A stretch of 64,000 nucleotides of DNA, from positions 2,978,231 to 3,042,230 of the forward strand of contig CAVNZM010000009.1 of the NCBI GenBank assembly GCA_963693365.1, given 5' to 3'. Source of the DNA: Amoebidium appalachense. Lineage: Eukaryota; Protista; Ichthyosporea. Positions 25,801 to 46,765 of the stretch are shown here, one piece after another; position 1 is the first letter of the stretch, and the number at the start of each line of letters is the position of its first letter. Below the pieces are notes generated by a model. The model worked only from the letters and a program-made list of their open reading frames with translations. It made no database searches and was not told the DNA's origin. The translations under genes were made by a program, and so were the position numbers.

Positions 25801-26825
25801 CTTTAGCTCTCTGGAGCTCCCGGGCCCCAGCACAGGTCAATCTAACTTGAATAGATGGTGACGCACGCAAAGTGGGACTCAACAACGTTGATAAATAGCA
25901 TCAGCATTCTCCAGCAATACTATGGCAGAAAGAAATAAATAATGGGGTGTACACCCCTCCCATATTTATAAATAAAAAGGTGCACTACCAATAAATTTAG
26001 TAATAGTGTGTACCGATTGAAATTTCTGTTTGTCGGACTCGGGCCCTGGCCGATTCCATGGTGGTGGCCTACGATAGCCATATATCGTTATTAAGCATCG
26101 TAATGATTGGATTTAACATTTGCTGCTTCTGGCTTCCGGTTGGCCCCCTGAATGTATCAGGAATTATCTCGAGATCAGGCTGCCTGCAGATGCATGCAGT
26201 TTGTGTTACAGTTGCCATGTAGTTGTGCATTGTACTGCTGACGTTAGGAGCAGAAACACAGTAGGGCTTGTTGCAGTCGTGAAATGGAGCCCAAAATACC
26301 TGCGGGCCCCTCCCGGCCTCCTCCTGTTGCAAGTTCAACTGGTCAGGCAGACCGTAGATACAGGCAGCTGCAACCTTCACAACACACTATAGGGGATTTC
26401 TTGCCCGTTTTTCTCGGAGGGAAGTTAATAAACCCGAGAAAACGGGCATGACAACACACCCACGCCCCTCACGTCAGGTCTCCGACCAGGACAAGGAATC
26501 AGATTGCTCACCATCACGAATTAGGTCATCCATAAACACCATTAGTTCAAATGACGGAAACGAATTCAGCCCCTTAGCAGATCTAGAAGGGCCTTTTTCC
26601 CCTGCACGCACACACAGTGCAAGCAAATCACCCTCAGAGATTCACACCCCTAATAGAGACCCACACACGACCGCGCCCACAGCCAAATCACCATCCCCCG
26701 CAATCACCCCGCCATCAGCCAAACCACCAACCCCCCAACCCCCCAACGCAAATCCACACCCGCAGCCCAAACTCCGACCCCACCACGCAAATCCACACCG
26801 GTACCCACAGCCCAACCACCGACCC

Positions 26826-27094
26826 GTGTGTGTGTGTGTGTATGTGTTTGTTTGTGTGTGAGTGTGTGTGTGTGTGTGTGCAGTGTGCGTGCAGTGTATG
26901 TGTATGTGTGTGTGTGTGTGTGTGTGTGTACATGATGTGTGTGTGTGACGGTGTGTACATACATGTGTATGTGTGTTTGTCAGGGCTGATCAGTACGGGG
27001 GACGGGCGTGTACATGTGTGTGTGTATCATGATGTGTGTGTATGCCATGATGTTTGATACGGTGTGTGTCAGTGTGTGTGTACGGTGTGTGTCA

Positions 27095-27127
<33 letters not shown>

Positions 27128-27130
27128 TGT

Positions 27131-27196
<66 letters not shown>

Positions 27197-27254
27197 TATG
27201 TGTGTGTGCGTCACGGTCACAGTGTGTGTGTGTCACGTGTGTTTGTTTGTGTGT

Positions 27255-27289
<35 letters not shown>

Positions 27290-27953
27290 TGTTTGTGTGT
27301 GTGTGTGTTTGTGTGTGTGCGTGTACGTGAGTGTGTGTGTGCATGTGTGTGTGCGTGTTAACGTGTGTACATATGTGTGTGTGTGTCAGTCAGTAACGGT
27401 GGGTGTGTGTTACAGTGTGTGGCGAGCGTGTACGTGTGGTGTGTGTGGATGGGTGGGTGGGTGTATGTGTTTGTGCTCTGTGTGTGTGTCACGTGTGTGT
27501 ACTAGTATGTCAGTGTGTGACGGTGTGTGCCGGTGTGTACGCTTGTACAACACTGTGTGTGTGTGCCACAGTGTCACGTCCGTGAGTATATACCATATGT
27601 GTGCCGTGTACATGTGTGTCTGTGTACGTGTGGGCCGGAGTACTAGCTGTGTGCGTGTCTGTGTACATGTGTGTGTGTGTGTGTGCCACGGTGTGTGAAG
27701 GTGTGTGTGTGTGTGCGTGTGCGTGCGTGTGTGTGTGTGTGTGTGTGTCGTTGCCACACGCGCACGAGCGCACACGTGCACGTGCACACACAACTTTTCA
27801 CACACATGCACACAAACACACACGCGTGGACACACACACACACACCGCGCATACAAAAACAAACGGCACCGCACACAGGCACACACGCGCATGCGCACGC
27901 ACGGGCACACACACACACACACAAGTACACATGCGCACACATCGCGCGCGCAT

Positions 27954-27988
<35 letters not shown>

Positions 27989-28115
27989 CACACACACACG
28001 CACACACACACACACACATGTACACACACACACACACTGTGACACACACACACGCACACACACACACACAGTAACACACAGTACGCACACACACATACAC
28101 ACAGGAACACACGTG

Positions 28116-28190
<75 letters not shown>

Positions 28191-28201
28191 CACACACAAA
28201 C

Positions 28202-28246
<45 letters not shown>

Positions 28247-28325
28247 TACAGGCACGCACACACATACACGGACGCACACATAGCACACACACACACACAC
28301 ACACCGTGGCACACACACACACACG
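26826..28325. repeat. Degenerate (GT)n block followed by a (CA)n block
   Basis: GT-rich 26826-27748 switches to CA-rich 27755-28325. Confidence 0.85.
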
Positions 28326-28447
28326 TGGCGCCACTACTTTGGAATATCCGTATCATGTGATGCCTATATACGTATGATATCATGGTTTACCACATGTGTT
28401 GTGTTATAATACGCAGCCATATGCATGGGGGCCGGGCGGGGCGGGGC

Positions 28448-28489
<42 letters not shown>

Positions 28490-28555
28490 CTTACCATGTC
28501 TTACCATGAAACCTCGGGAGGCTTACCATGAACCGAAATTTTGTTGGTATTTGAC

Positions 28556-28558
<3 letters not shown>

Positions 28559-28617
<59 letters not shown>

Positions 28618-28770
28618 GTGAGTGAGTGAGTGAGTGAGTGAGTGAGTGAGTGAGTGAGTGAGTGAGTGAGTGAGTGAGTGAGTGAGTGAGTGAGTGAGTG
28701 AGTGAGTGAGTGAGTGAGTGAGTGAGTGAGTGAGTGAGAGTGAGAGAGTGAGTGAGAGAGTGAGAGAGAG
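28559..28770. repeat. (GA)n followed by (GAGT)n microsatellite
   Basis: Directly visible. Confidence 0.9.
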
Positions 28771-29389
28771 CCAGAGAGGGGGGAGAGAAATTGTGTATGT
28801 GTGGGTGTGAGTGTTTGTCGTTGGGTGTGTTTTTGTGTGTTTTATGCACGGAGCCATGATTGCACATCGGTGCACAAGTGATTTTACATATCTGGTGCGG
28901 AATATTGCCTCCAGGAACGTTCTGTGTGCACTAATCTCTCAACCCCCCCCCCCCCCCTTTTCCCCAACCACCACCACCACCATTAACCCCCTCCCCCTCG
29001 ATTCCCAATCACCTCAGCCCCCCCCCCCCCCCCCCCCCCCTCCCCCCACGTTCTCACTAAAACATACTATCCACTATTCCTCACCCCACACCTCACTTGG
29101 GCTTTTCGTTTTTTTCTTCTGCCCTCCTGCTCCCATCTTCCTAACCTTGCTCATGCGTACCATTCACAAATGCCAACACGCACACATACATGCACACACG
29201 CATGCACACATACATGCACACGCGCACGCACACATACATGCACACACACGCACACGCACACACTTGCACGCACAGAACTCCCTCCCCCCCCCCCCCCCCC
29301 CCCCCCCCGTAGACACACACACACATACACAACCCCTTCCCCCCCCCTCCCCCTCCCCCCCACGCACACACACACAAACACACGTGCAG

Positions 29390-36315
<6,926 letters not shown>

Positions 36316-36325
36316 ACGTAACAAA

Positions 36326-36375
<50 letters not shown>

Positions 36376-36653
36376 GCTATTTGGTAATTACATAAGAGCA
36401 TAGGAAATGTATAGATGGATGCAAGTATCTATCTGTAGAAAACAGAATTTAGTACAGGGATGCTGTATGTGCTGCACTTGTAGCAATATTTAGGTGCGGT
36501 GACACTGATACGATGTTACGGCTTTCTGGCCCCCCCCTTTTTTTTGGAACATTAATCTTGCATATGATTGGTGTATATTGAGACTTCAACGATGAAAAAT
36601 TTGGCGAAACATTTTGTTCCTTAGAATTTTTGGGACACGGACGGACTGGTTGC

Positions 36654-36693
<40 letters not shown>

Positions 36694-37887
36694 GCCCCTT
36701 CTCGGGCCCCTTCTCGAGCTGTACTTGCAAAATAAAGTTAAACATATGTGATACAGAGACCCTAGAGTCTCGGTGTCAAAATTTCAAGGCAGTATTAAAG
36801 TGAGAACCAAAATGTCCCTGTGTTTGCATAGTGTGTGTGCGTCTGCATGCGTGTGTGTGCGCGTCTGCATGCGTGTGCGTGTGCATGTGTGTGTGTGTGT
36901 GTGTGTGTGTGCTTGTGTGTGTGCTTGTGCGTGCGTGCGTGGGTGTGTGTGTGTGGGTGTGCATGCGTGCATGCATGTGTATGTGATGGTGCCAAAGCAA
37001 AAATACGAAGGTGGCGTCATCACTGGCACGGCTAGAGCTAAGCTTAAGGATTTATCGAGTTACAGAGACAAGGGGCAATTATTGCTTATTATAGGCACCT
37101 GGCCACTAATTAGGTACATCTATACCATCTTTAACACACCGGTGACGGGCACTAATAAAACCACTTCCCCTTAATTAATAGCCCCCAGACTCTTCATACA
37201 TACATCTGTAAACTACAGACATACAATACATGCAGTGTGAAGATAGTCACATATTACTTTTAGTACTAACATATACACTACACTTGCATATTACCCCCCC
37301 CCCCCCCCCCCCCCCTCCCCCCCCTTCCCCCCACCCCCACCCCCACCCCCCCCCCACCAAAGAAGTACACACCTACTCACATCACCACATACATCCTGAA
37401 CTATAAATCATTAAAATACATGAGATCAAGGGGGGAAAGGGGAGAAGAAAAAAAAAAGAAAAAAAAAACAAAAACAAAAAAAAAAAAGAGCAAAAGAAAC
37501 TTTTAAAAAAGGAAAAGGAAAAGGCAAAACAAAAATCAAGATATTCTGAAGGTAAATTTCCAATTGATTGTTGCAACCACACACACCATCACATACATTC
37601 TGAACTGCAAAATGCATAATCATAAGAACCAGCCGGAAAGAGGAAAAGGAAAAGAAAAACCAAATAAATACACTAAATGGTTAAGGAAAAACACATTATT
37701 GCGCGCGCATACATCATCACACAAATCCTGAACTATAGGATGCATAAGCACCAGCAAACAAAAGAAGAAGAAGAGGAAGAAAAAGAAGAAGGAAAAAAAA
37801 AGAAAGAAAAAACACCCAAAATCCAAATTGCAAAGCTTTTAATCTTAAACTGATCATATTGGATGTTGAAAATCCACCCAACCCCCC

Positions 37888-38127
37888 TCACAGCCACTCC
37901 ATCCTCTCCACCCAGTTTTCATAAATTGGCCACACCTTTGCCTCCTTCCACTCTGGCCGGCGCTTGCCTTTGTCTCTCTGCACATTGAAAAACATGAGTT
38001 CGGCTATGTGTGCTTCCTCCTCCCCACCCCCCCACCCCACCCCCCCCCTTTTTTTTTTCTTTTTCTTTTTCTTTTCTTTCTTTCTTTTTCTTCTTCTTCT
38101 TCTTTTTTTTTTTTTTTTTTTTTTTTT

Positions 38128-38158
<31 letters not shown>

Positions 38159-38298
38159 TTTTCTTTTCTTTTTCTTTCTTTCTTTTTCTTCTTCTTTTTT
38201 TTTTTTTTTTTTTTTTTGAGGGGGGGGGGGGGGGGGGGTCGATGCATTCAAAAAACATACTCCATTGTCTTTGGAGGTGCTGGCCGGGTGGAAAAGGA

Positions 38299-38353
<55 letters not shown>

Positions 38354-38514
38354 CTGCAAAACCCACTTAAACCCAACCTAGGCAGGCGCACATATGCAGT
38401 ATAGCCACAGAACACTATGTGCCTGGCGCCCAGTAACATGCAAATGCATGAAAAAAGCACTAATTTTATTATTATTACTTTTTTATTTTGTTTTTGTTTT
38501 TATTTTTTTTTGCG

Positions 38515-38575
<61 letters not shown>

Positions 38576-40774
38576 GGAGGAGGGTAAACATGTGCTACAG
38601 AGTACCAAAAGCACTGATTCACGCCGGACATAATTTTAGCAATGCAGATTCTGCTTAGACCCCCCACCCCCCACCCCCCCCCTCTCTCTCTGGTGATGAT
38701 GGTGGTTGTGGTGGAAGGGGGGGGGGGGGGGGGGGGGAGGGGGGGGGGGGGGGGGGAGGGGGGAGAGAGGTTAGGGTAGAACACGTTAAAAAAGACGAAG
38801 TGCACGTTCAGAACATACAACACACCGCAGAGTGCAAAGCACACAAAAAGAGAATGCACAATATACAAGAGTCCATCCTCAAGAGCGGTTGCCCAAGAGG
38901 CGGGGGAGGGGGGAGGGGGGGGGGGGTTTGAATGCGTCAAAAAGTACGAAGTACACAAGAACAAACGGATAAGACGATGCAGAATGCAAGTCATACAAAG
39001 AGAGTATGCATAATAAGCAGAGCCCATCCTCAGGGGGGGCCCACGTCCGGGGGGGGGGGGGGGGAGGGGGGGGGGAGGGGGGGGGGGGGGGGGGGGCTGA
39101 GGGGATATCTACCTTTTTCAGTGCAGCAATTAGCGGTGCTGTGTTTTCTGCATGGTGCGGTTTTACGTTTTCATACCACAGGTTCGGGCACGAAATGAGG
39201 GGACGAAGCTCGATTTCGGGGTCATCGCGTACAGCGATCGATTCGAGCGATGGGTGCCCCACCAAACACGACACGTCTGTGAGCAAGAGGTTGTCTCGGA
39301 TGTTAAGCGCCTGCAGATTGAAACAATCGGCAAGCGCATCAACATCTCGCAGCGCATTGTTGTATTCCAGAGCCACCGATTCCAATTTTTCGTTCACGCC
39401 CGGCGGTCCTAGTGATTCCAGCCCCGAAACGCTTGAAATGTGGGAAACACCATCTGTGGGTAGGAAGAAACACATACTCTGAATGGGTCTGTGTGGAGCC
39501 AGCCGGTAACACGAAGGTTTTTCAGCGCCGTGAGTTGTGCAATCACATTGCCAAATCCAACCCATCCGGTGTCTTCTTCAATGCGCAAGTCAAAGGTCGT
39601 GAGTGTCGCAGCGCTATTTTCCAATCCTGTTACTGTGTCGAGGCTAAAATCTTGCTGGGAAACCACCAATTTTGGGGACAATCTCTCAAGCGTACTGGTT
39701 TGGAAATTGACAACGGGGTTGAGTAGATCCTCGTACGCTTCAATGGTTCCTTCGTGAAGCGCCGTGCACGCAGAAAGATTTGAAATGTCGACGATTTCGC
39801 CCGTCAAAACAACATGCTTGAGCTTTGGGGCGACTGGCACTACAATATGCACCCACGTATTCAACCTCAGGTTCTCGAGCTGAGGGCAAACACCAAGCGC
39901 CCCTAGATCGACATGCTCATCCCCCTGATCCGAATTGGTTGTTCAATGCAAGGCTTCGTAGAGTCCGACCGAGGCTCGCACTCAAAACTTCCTCGGCGCT
40001 GCACTGGAAAACATCAGTCCACGGAACGACATCGCCGATGCACACAAACGAGAGCTTAATCATGTGGTCCAGCACCCCGTGGCCCTCAAAAAAACATCGG
40101 TTCAGGAACACGTGCTTGAGGTGCTTGAAACACTGTCCGTCTGTATAAGGAATGGTGACAGCATCGGCTACCAATTTCTCCAAATTTGGACACTTATTCC
40201 ATATTTGGGCAACATAACCCTCACCCTTCTCTTCCTCGGGCACGACTTTGGCACCCGCCACAGTGATTTCGACGGTCTGTAGATTAGAGCCCAACCCCTC
40301 GAGCACTGCCCGAAACATCAACATCTCGAAGTTCGGTTCTGCAGCTAAAAAATCGCTTGTCCAACTTAGGGTTGTCGTTCGTTGCAGAGAGAACAAAAAT
40401 TGGGCTGTGCTTGCCCACTGCAGCGTCGATGTTTGCTTGCGAGCGTCATTTTCCCCGCCAAAAAAGTACTTTGTGCTGAAATTTATGCAGCCCACTATCG
40501 AGCTAACCCGGCGCGAAAATCCGACGATGGTCAACAAGGCATCATCGTGCTCGATTTCATGATAGGCGCTGTAGGTAAAAGGGATGAGACCCGCCTCTTT
40601 GGTGCGTGCGAGAACGTCTAGGCGCTTGCACACGCGCGTAACGGTAAGGCGGTCGCTAAGCGGAAGGGCACGGATGATACGCACAAGAATCTCCGGAGGT
40701 AGTTGGGCAAGGGGGCAATCTGAGAGGATGAGGGGAGAATGAACAGGGAAGGAGGTTGGCGGCAACAACAACAT
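37888..40774 (-). CDS. F-box/leucine-rich-repeat protein with two apparent frameshifts (assembly error or pseudogene)
   Basis: F-box LAQLPPEILVRIIRALPLSDRLTVTRVCKRL. LRR-like segments CPNLEKL, CPQLENLRL, LTALKNLRV, CFNLQALNI. The large exon 40774-39113 shifts frame at the C5 run 39921-39925 and at ~39490. Donor aag|gtagat is followed by terminal exon 37977-37888 (RDKGKRRPEW..MEWL*), phase 0. Confidence 0.75.
38774..39047 (-). mobile_element. Two tandem copies (young 38927-39047, older 38774-38882) of the ~120-bp dispersed element in the F-box gene intron
   Basis: Young copy (reverse complement): gacgtgggc..gaggatgggctctgcttattatgcatact..gacgcattcaaac. Older copy: gaggatggactcttgtatattgtgcattct..cttcgtcttttttaacgtgttctaccc. 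Confidence 0.8.
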
Positions 40775-41544
40775 GCCTCGTTGTAAAAGCTAGCAACAGT
40801 TTGGCTCATTCCCTAACAGCTACTGAGCTGTCTCTCTTTTTGCGTCTTACTTTTCTTTTCAGTCCGCAAACGAACGGAAGGCTTTGACTGTAGTTCAACG
40901 AGAGACAGCGGTACCTGTTAGGCTCATTCCTAGCCAACTTGGACACACTCTGCGCTCAAGAACTTGGGCCCAACCCTAGCCATCTTAGGTAATGCATCCA
41001 AGCAAACAGACCCAGAAGAACAACCGGAAAACCTTTTGTTCCGAGCGCCCCAGGTTTTCACAACCAACTAATTACTTCAAAAGCCTGTGATGCATATAAA
41101 AGTAACGAGCTCACATCTCCTCTCATCTTGTGGCCGCAACATCGTTGCGAGTGCCTGAGCACCCTCCCTCGTGGGTCGGCCCAGAAAGATGCCACGCAAA
41201 AAGCTAAAGTGATTATATGCTGATAAACGCCTGAACATACTGATAATGAGTTTGGAGTCTTGCAAGTGCGCTCTCTCCCTCTCTCCCTCTCCAGCTCCCT
41301 CCCTCTCGTTCTCCTTGTCATGACTGTCAGTCGACTGAAGACTTTTCCCTGTCTGCCTGTTGCCGACTGATTGTTGATAGTCAGTAACATGTAGACCCTT
41401 ACATACGTCATTGCAGTCTTCCGGTTTTTACTAAGGCAAAAGTCAAGAAAGTGTGTGGGCACCCATGTGGCGCGCCAGTTGCACCGCGGCCGTGTTTGCG
41501 GGACAGCCGGAACGAAAGGCTTTATAATTTGTGGTCATCTGAAA

Positions 41545-43057
41545 ATGAAACTCGTAGCTTTACACAGAGTTTTCAAGCAAACGGGTTCTTTAACCCTGTT
41601 AACGCGGTACTCACAACTAGCTCCACGTGCACAAAAGTTAACCCTCTCACCCCACTACTCTACTTCTGTCTGCTTGCGGGGTTTCTCCTTTCTTGTATAC
41701 GGAGGGTCTTTCTTGGTTCCCCTCTCCCCGTCCCTTTGCTTGCAACACACACGACTTCTTGTGACACATACACCGCCAAGCACCTCTGACAACGCACCTA
41801 CGCCCTTGCCTAGCCCTAAGAGCGACGCAAGGATTTTGGCCTTGAACAGAAAAGCGTTCTCGCAGCTGTTAGCGACCCTCTCCAACGGACAAGAAAAATG
41901 CTTCTAGGGCATACTCAAACATGGCGGAGGTGCTGCACTTGACAGCAGAGGTGAAGCAAGGGACTATTTCAACAGGACTCAGGAACAAAGTCGTGTCCCG
42001 TCTCACGGAGTTGTTGCGAACTGGACATCACATGACAATAGAGGAACTCAAGGCCATTATGCATGGGTTCGTTCGGTTGAGGGTTCTGGACGGAAATCTC
42101 TGCAGCCTTCTGGGAAGAGAAGCGAGACACCACCTCCTCTTTCTTTCCACCAGCGACATTCTTCGGTTACTATCTTTTTTTGGTTCTTTGCACATGAACG
42201 ATGAATCTCTGGTGAGCAATGCCCTGCATGTTCTCTCACGGAGCAATAAGGACCTGGGGTTTGTGGAGAGCGCAGAAATAATCCGAGATCTAGCGAAATT
42301 AAATCACCCTCAAACCTCTTCCTATGTGAATGCGTTTTTGCGACGCCACCGCAACGATCCCACACCTACCGAGGTGAACACAGACCTTATCATAGCACAC
42401 ACCTCAGTCTTATGGGCAATGGCTGTTGTGCTTGAAGATGTCGATTTGCAGGCAGCAAAGAGATTCTGGTTGTCAAGCATGACCATGGTGCGAAAACATC
42501 GATCGAGCACGAACACAGGCATCATGGTCCAGCTACACCAGGCATACTTGGCACTCAAGTTGGCTTTTCCAGACATAGCACAGGTTATATATTACGATCA
42601 GGGCAATGAGGAGGTTTTGGGAGCTTGTGCAGAAGCAGTCCTCAAAAATTACAACCCGAAACTACCGGAGAAATCTTTCCCCAAACTACCGGAGAAATCT
42701 TTCTTCCACCACAAAAGGGTTGACGTTAACGGTATGCTTAGGGAATTGGGTTACAGCGTCGGCAACGCGTATAAAACACCGGATGTTGGGTACGTGTGCG
42801 CCGGACAGATAGCTGGTACGAATGTTGTGATTGAGCTTGACACACCCAGTAACTATGGGCGAGTGGACACAGGCAGGGCGCTTGGTTCATATGTCTTGAA
42901 ACTGAAACTGCTGAGAGGAGCAGGGTATGATGTTAGAGAGTTTATGGTTGGTGTGATGGTGAAGATGGAAGATAAGGATAGCCTTTTAAGGTATTGCAGG
43001 GCTGTTATGGAAGGATGTGAACCCTTTGCCAGGGCCGGTTCTCTGGATATGTTCTAA
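41545..43057 (+). CDS. RAP-domain (FASTK-like) helical-repeat RNA-binding protein, probably mitochondrial; intronless, one homopolymer frameshift
   Basis: C-terminal RAP-like VVIELDTPSNY..ALGSYVLKLKLLRGAGYDV, preceded by helical repeats. The upstream frame MKLVALHRVFKQTGSLTLLTRYSQLAPR (basic, acid-free) joins ORF 41921-43057 if one A is removed from A5 at 41894-41898. The paralogue reads through this point (KDASKAYSNVAEV). Confidence 0.8.
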
Positions 43058-43374
43058 CTCAGGATTCATGAAGCCTTGTCGTATGAGCGCTTACGTATGC
43101 TAGGTTTCGATGCTGCAACATGTGTTGGTTTTTTAATGTTTTTTGTAGCATACATGTCATAGGCTTTATAAACACATGAAGACTTAGAATAACAGTCTGC
43201 AATTGTGAATCGCATGGTTTGTGCAATTGACTATTACGAGTCTCATGAACGAACTATCCTTAGAAGGTACAACGGTTACCCTCAGAGGGCTAAACCCGGA
43301 AACCGTTGGTGGTGGTGGTGGTTGGGGGGGGGGGGGGGGGGGGAGGGGGGGGCTTGGGAAGGTTTTTTTTTTTT

Positions 43375-43405
<31 letters not shown>

Positions 43406-44044
43406 TTGTACAAGCTACCGTACCCCGTATGGTCTTGCAAAATACGATTTATTGGTTGCACGTTTATCGTGCCCAGCTGCTTTCACGAAGACTTTATTTA
43501 AGTATTCGCACACACAGTCACGCATGCAAATGCGATGAGTGCACGGTCGCGTTATACTATTAGGGAATGCAGGAATATTATCATCTGAAAATTTTTATAG
43601 ATGAGAAATAGCTTAGCCCATCCTTTAGCTATCATGAGCAAATGCACCCAAGCAGACAGGTCTTCGGAAGCCCTTTTGTTCCATAGGACCCAGACTTTGA
43701 CAACCGCATGTTTCAAGCGCCTTCAAAGGCATTGGGCTCACCTCTTCTTTGTGGCTGCAACCCATGGGGAGTGGGGTGGGTGTACCTGAGCACTCTCCCT
43801 CACCTGTCGTTGAGCCCCGGCCTAGGAAGATGCCACGCAAGATGCCAAAGTGGTCCTATGATGTTACAGGAGTGCACCTACTACAAATGCATGATTTGGG
43901 AGTCTTGCAAGCTCTCCCTCCCTCCCTCCTTCCCTCCCTCCCTTCCTCCCTCCCTCCCTCCCTCCCATCCCCCCTCCCCTCCCCTCCCTCCCTCCATCCC
44001 TCCCTCCCTCTCTCCCTCCTTCCCTCCTTCCCTCCCTTCCTCCC

Positions 44045-44138
<94 letters not shown>

Positions 44139-44673
44139 CACACACACACACACTGGGCGGCTATACCGTACCCAAATACCCAATAAACCCAGATTCCTAG
44201 ATTTAATATTAGCATTGACGGTCGATTGGATATTGAAATATTGCGTTTCAATCTGCTACCAATCATCGCGTGGTCGGATATGCCATGGATCACCATCAAG
44301 CACCTGAATCTTAAAAGAAAAGCGCATCTTTGATAGCAGATCTTTTCCAAATAAGGCAGGTAATTTGGGTTTCACGGTCCAAAATCTGGGTTTGGGATAG
44401 GAATCAAGGGGGGTCTTCCAGATTCCTAAACCCAAACCCAAATCTTCACAACAAGATGAAGCAAGAGAACGCCAAGAGCTAAGATGTTAAGCATACTAGT
44501 ATTTCTGGTATAATTACGTCCTAGAAATAATATCTTATTACGCAACGTAAATATTTGTATCTTTTATAATGCTTTATTATAGAATATATTCTTTGTTTCT
44601 TCATAATACATAGGCGTGGTGCGAAAAGGCGGTCATGCCTCTCTCCCCCCCCCCCCCCTCCTCTCTCTCTCTT

Positions 44674-44704
<31 letters not shown>

Positions 44705-45274
44705 CGCGCGCTCGCTCGCTCTCCCTCCCCTTCTCCCTCCCTCCCCCTCCCCCTCGCCCTCCCAATCCCCCTCCCCGTCCCCCCCCCCTCCCCCCTCTCC
44801 CTCCCCCTTCCCCTCCCCCTCCCCCCTCCCGCTCCCTCTCCCCCTCTCCCCCTCTCCCAAACTCCCTCTCCCTCTCCCTCTCCCTCTCCCTCTCCCTCTC
44901 CCTCTCGTTCTGCCTCTCTCTCTCTCTCTCCCTCTCTCGCTCCCTTGCTCTCTCGCTCTCTCAATCTCGCTTTCAAGTGACACACTGCCGGGGAAAAAAC
45001 GATCAATTTAATAGTCGATATTGTGTAGTGGTGCCTCATTTGCCTTCCTCCCTCAGCAGAAATGTCTCGCTAGTAATGGCAATGCTTATCTGTGTACGCG
45101 AAGTGATTGCTGCGAAGAAGGCTGCGAAGAAAAACTCTCTGCGGGCTGCGAAGAAGGAAGCAAAAATTGGTCGTCCGGTCGATGGCGAGATGGCGCGTGG
45201 CACCGTCAGTTCGTGTCAGACGGAGCCCGGACGTTTTAGCTTTTCCCTGTTAAACTCAGCCTAGACTTCTGAAA

Positions 45275-46765
45275 ATGAAACTCATAGTTTTGCACAGAGC
45301 TTTCAAACACACGGGTTCTTTAACCCTTTTAACACGGCTCTCACAACTAGCTCCACGTGCAGAAACGTTAACCTCTCACCCCACTATTCTACTTCTGTCT
45401 GCTTGCGGACTTTTTCCTCTATTGTATACGGAGGGTCTTTCTTAAATTCCCCTCTCCACATCCATTGGCTCCCAGCACACACGACTTCTTGTGACACAGG
45501 CTTACAACACTTCTACTCGTTCGAATTCATCAGGCCGGCCCTAAACCCAAGAGACAGAACGACGCAAAGAAACTAGCCTTGAACGATGAAGCTTTTTCGT
45601 AGATGTTAGGGACAGTCTCCAGTGGATGCAAAGATGCTTCTAAAGCATACTCAAACGTGGCGGAGGTGCTGCACTCGATAAAAGGAGGGCCTGCCTCAGC
45701 AGATTTGGTAAAGAAAGTCTTGTTCCGCCTCGTGGGGTTGTCACGAGCTGGACACCATGTGGCAGCCGAGGAAATCAAGCCTATTATGGAAGAGTTCGCA
45801 AGGTTTGAAGTTTCTGGATGTTGATCTCTGCAACCTTCTAAGAAGAGAAGCAAGATACCACCTACTCTTTCTTTCCAGCAGCGACATTCTTTGGTTTCTT
45901 TCACTTTTTGCCTCGTTGCACATCAACGACGACTCTCTAGTGAGTGCCGCTCTGCATGCTCTCTCGGGGGGCCAAAAGGACCTGAGGTTTTTGGAGAGCA
46001 CAGAAATCATACGTATTCTAGCAAAGCTGAATCACCCTCAAACCTCACACCATGTGAATGCGTTTTTGTGTCACAATGTTCCCACACCTACCAAGGTGGA
46101 CAGGTATAGCATCGAAGCACATGCCCAGGTCCTTAGGGCGATGGCTGTTGTCTTTTAAGATATTGATTTGGATGCAGCAAAGGATTTCTGGTTGTCAAGC
46201 ATGGCATTGATACGAGAACATCAATCTAGCACGGACACAATCACACGGTGCCAGCTACATCAGGCATACTTAGCACTCAAGTTGACTCTCCCCGACATAG
46301 CACAGTTGCTCAATCACGATAAGGGCTACAAAGCGGTCTTGGCATCTTGTGCAGAATCTTTTGCTAATTTTTACAATCAGAGACTGCAGCAACGAGCCTT
46401 TCACCGCCACAACATGGTTGACATAAATTTTATGCTTCGAGACTTGGGATACAGCGTCATCGACAGGTATCAAACACCGGGGGTAGGGTACGTGTGCGCC
46501 GGACACATACCTGGTACGAACATAGTCATTGAGCACGTCACACTCAGTAACTATGGGCTAGCGGACACAAGTAGGGCGGTTGGTTCATATGTGCTGAGAC
46601 TGAAACTTTAAAAAGGAGTTGGGTATGATGTGAGACAATTTATGGTTAATGTGATGGTGATCATGAAGTTGTGAGATAGGGATCGCCAGGTATATAAGGT
46701 TTTGCAGGGCCGTTATGGATGGGTGTGAGCCCCTTGCCAGGGCTGGTTCTGTGTATCTGTTATAG
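45275..46765 (+). pseudogene. Tandem pseudogenised paralogue of the RAP-domain gene
   Basis: Colinear similarity from tctgaaaatgaaactc to gccagggctggttct. In-frame stops (TAG ~45600, TAA 46156, TAG 46270 region in shifted frame, TAA 46609) and frameshifts (e.g. ~45810). Confidence 0.85.

Noticed and set aside
26069-26380. 103-aa minus-strand ORF
   Set aside because: No ATG start, no recognised motif, and no compatible neighbouring exons.
41894-41907. Programmed ribosomal frameshift in the RAP gene
   Set aside because: No recognised slippery site or stimulatory structure; the paralogue is continuous there, and homopolymer error is simpler.
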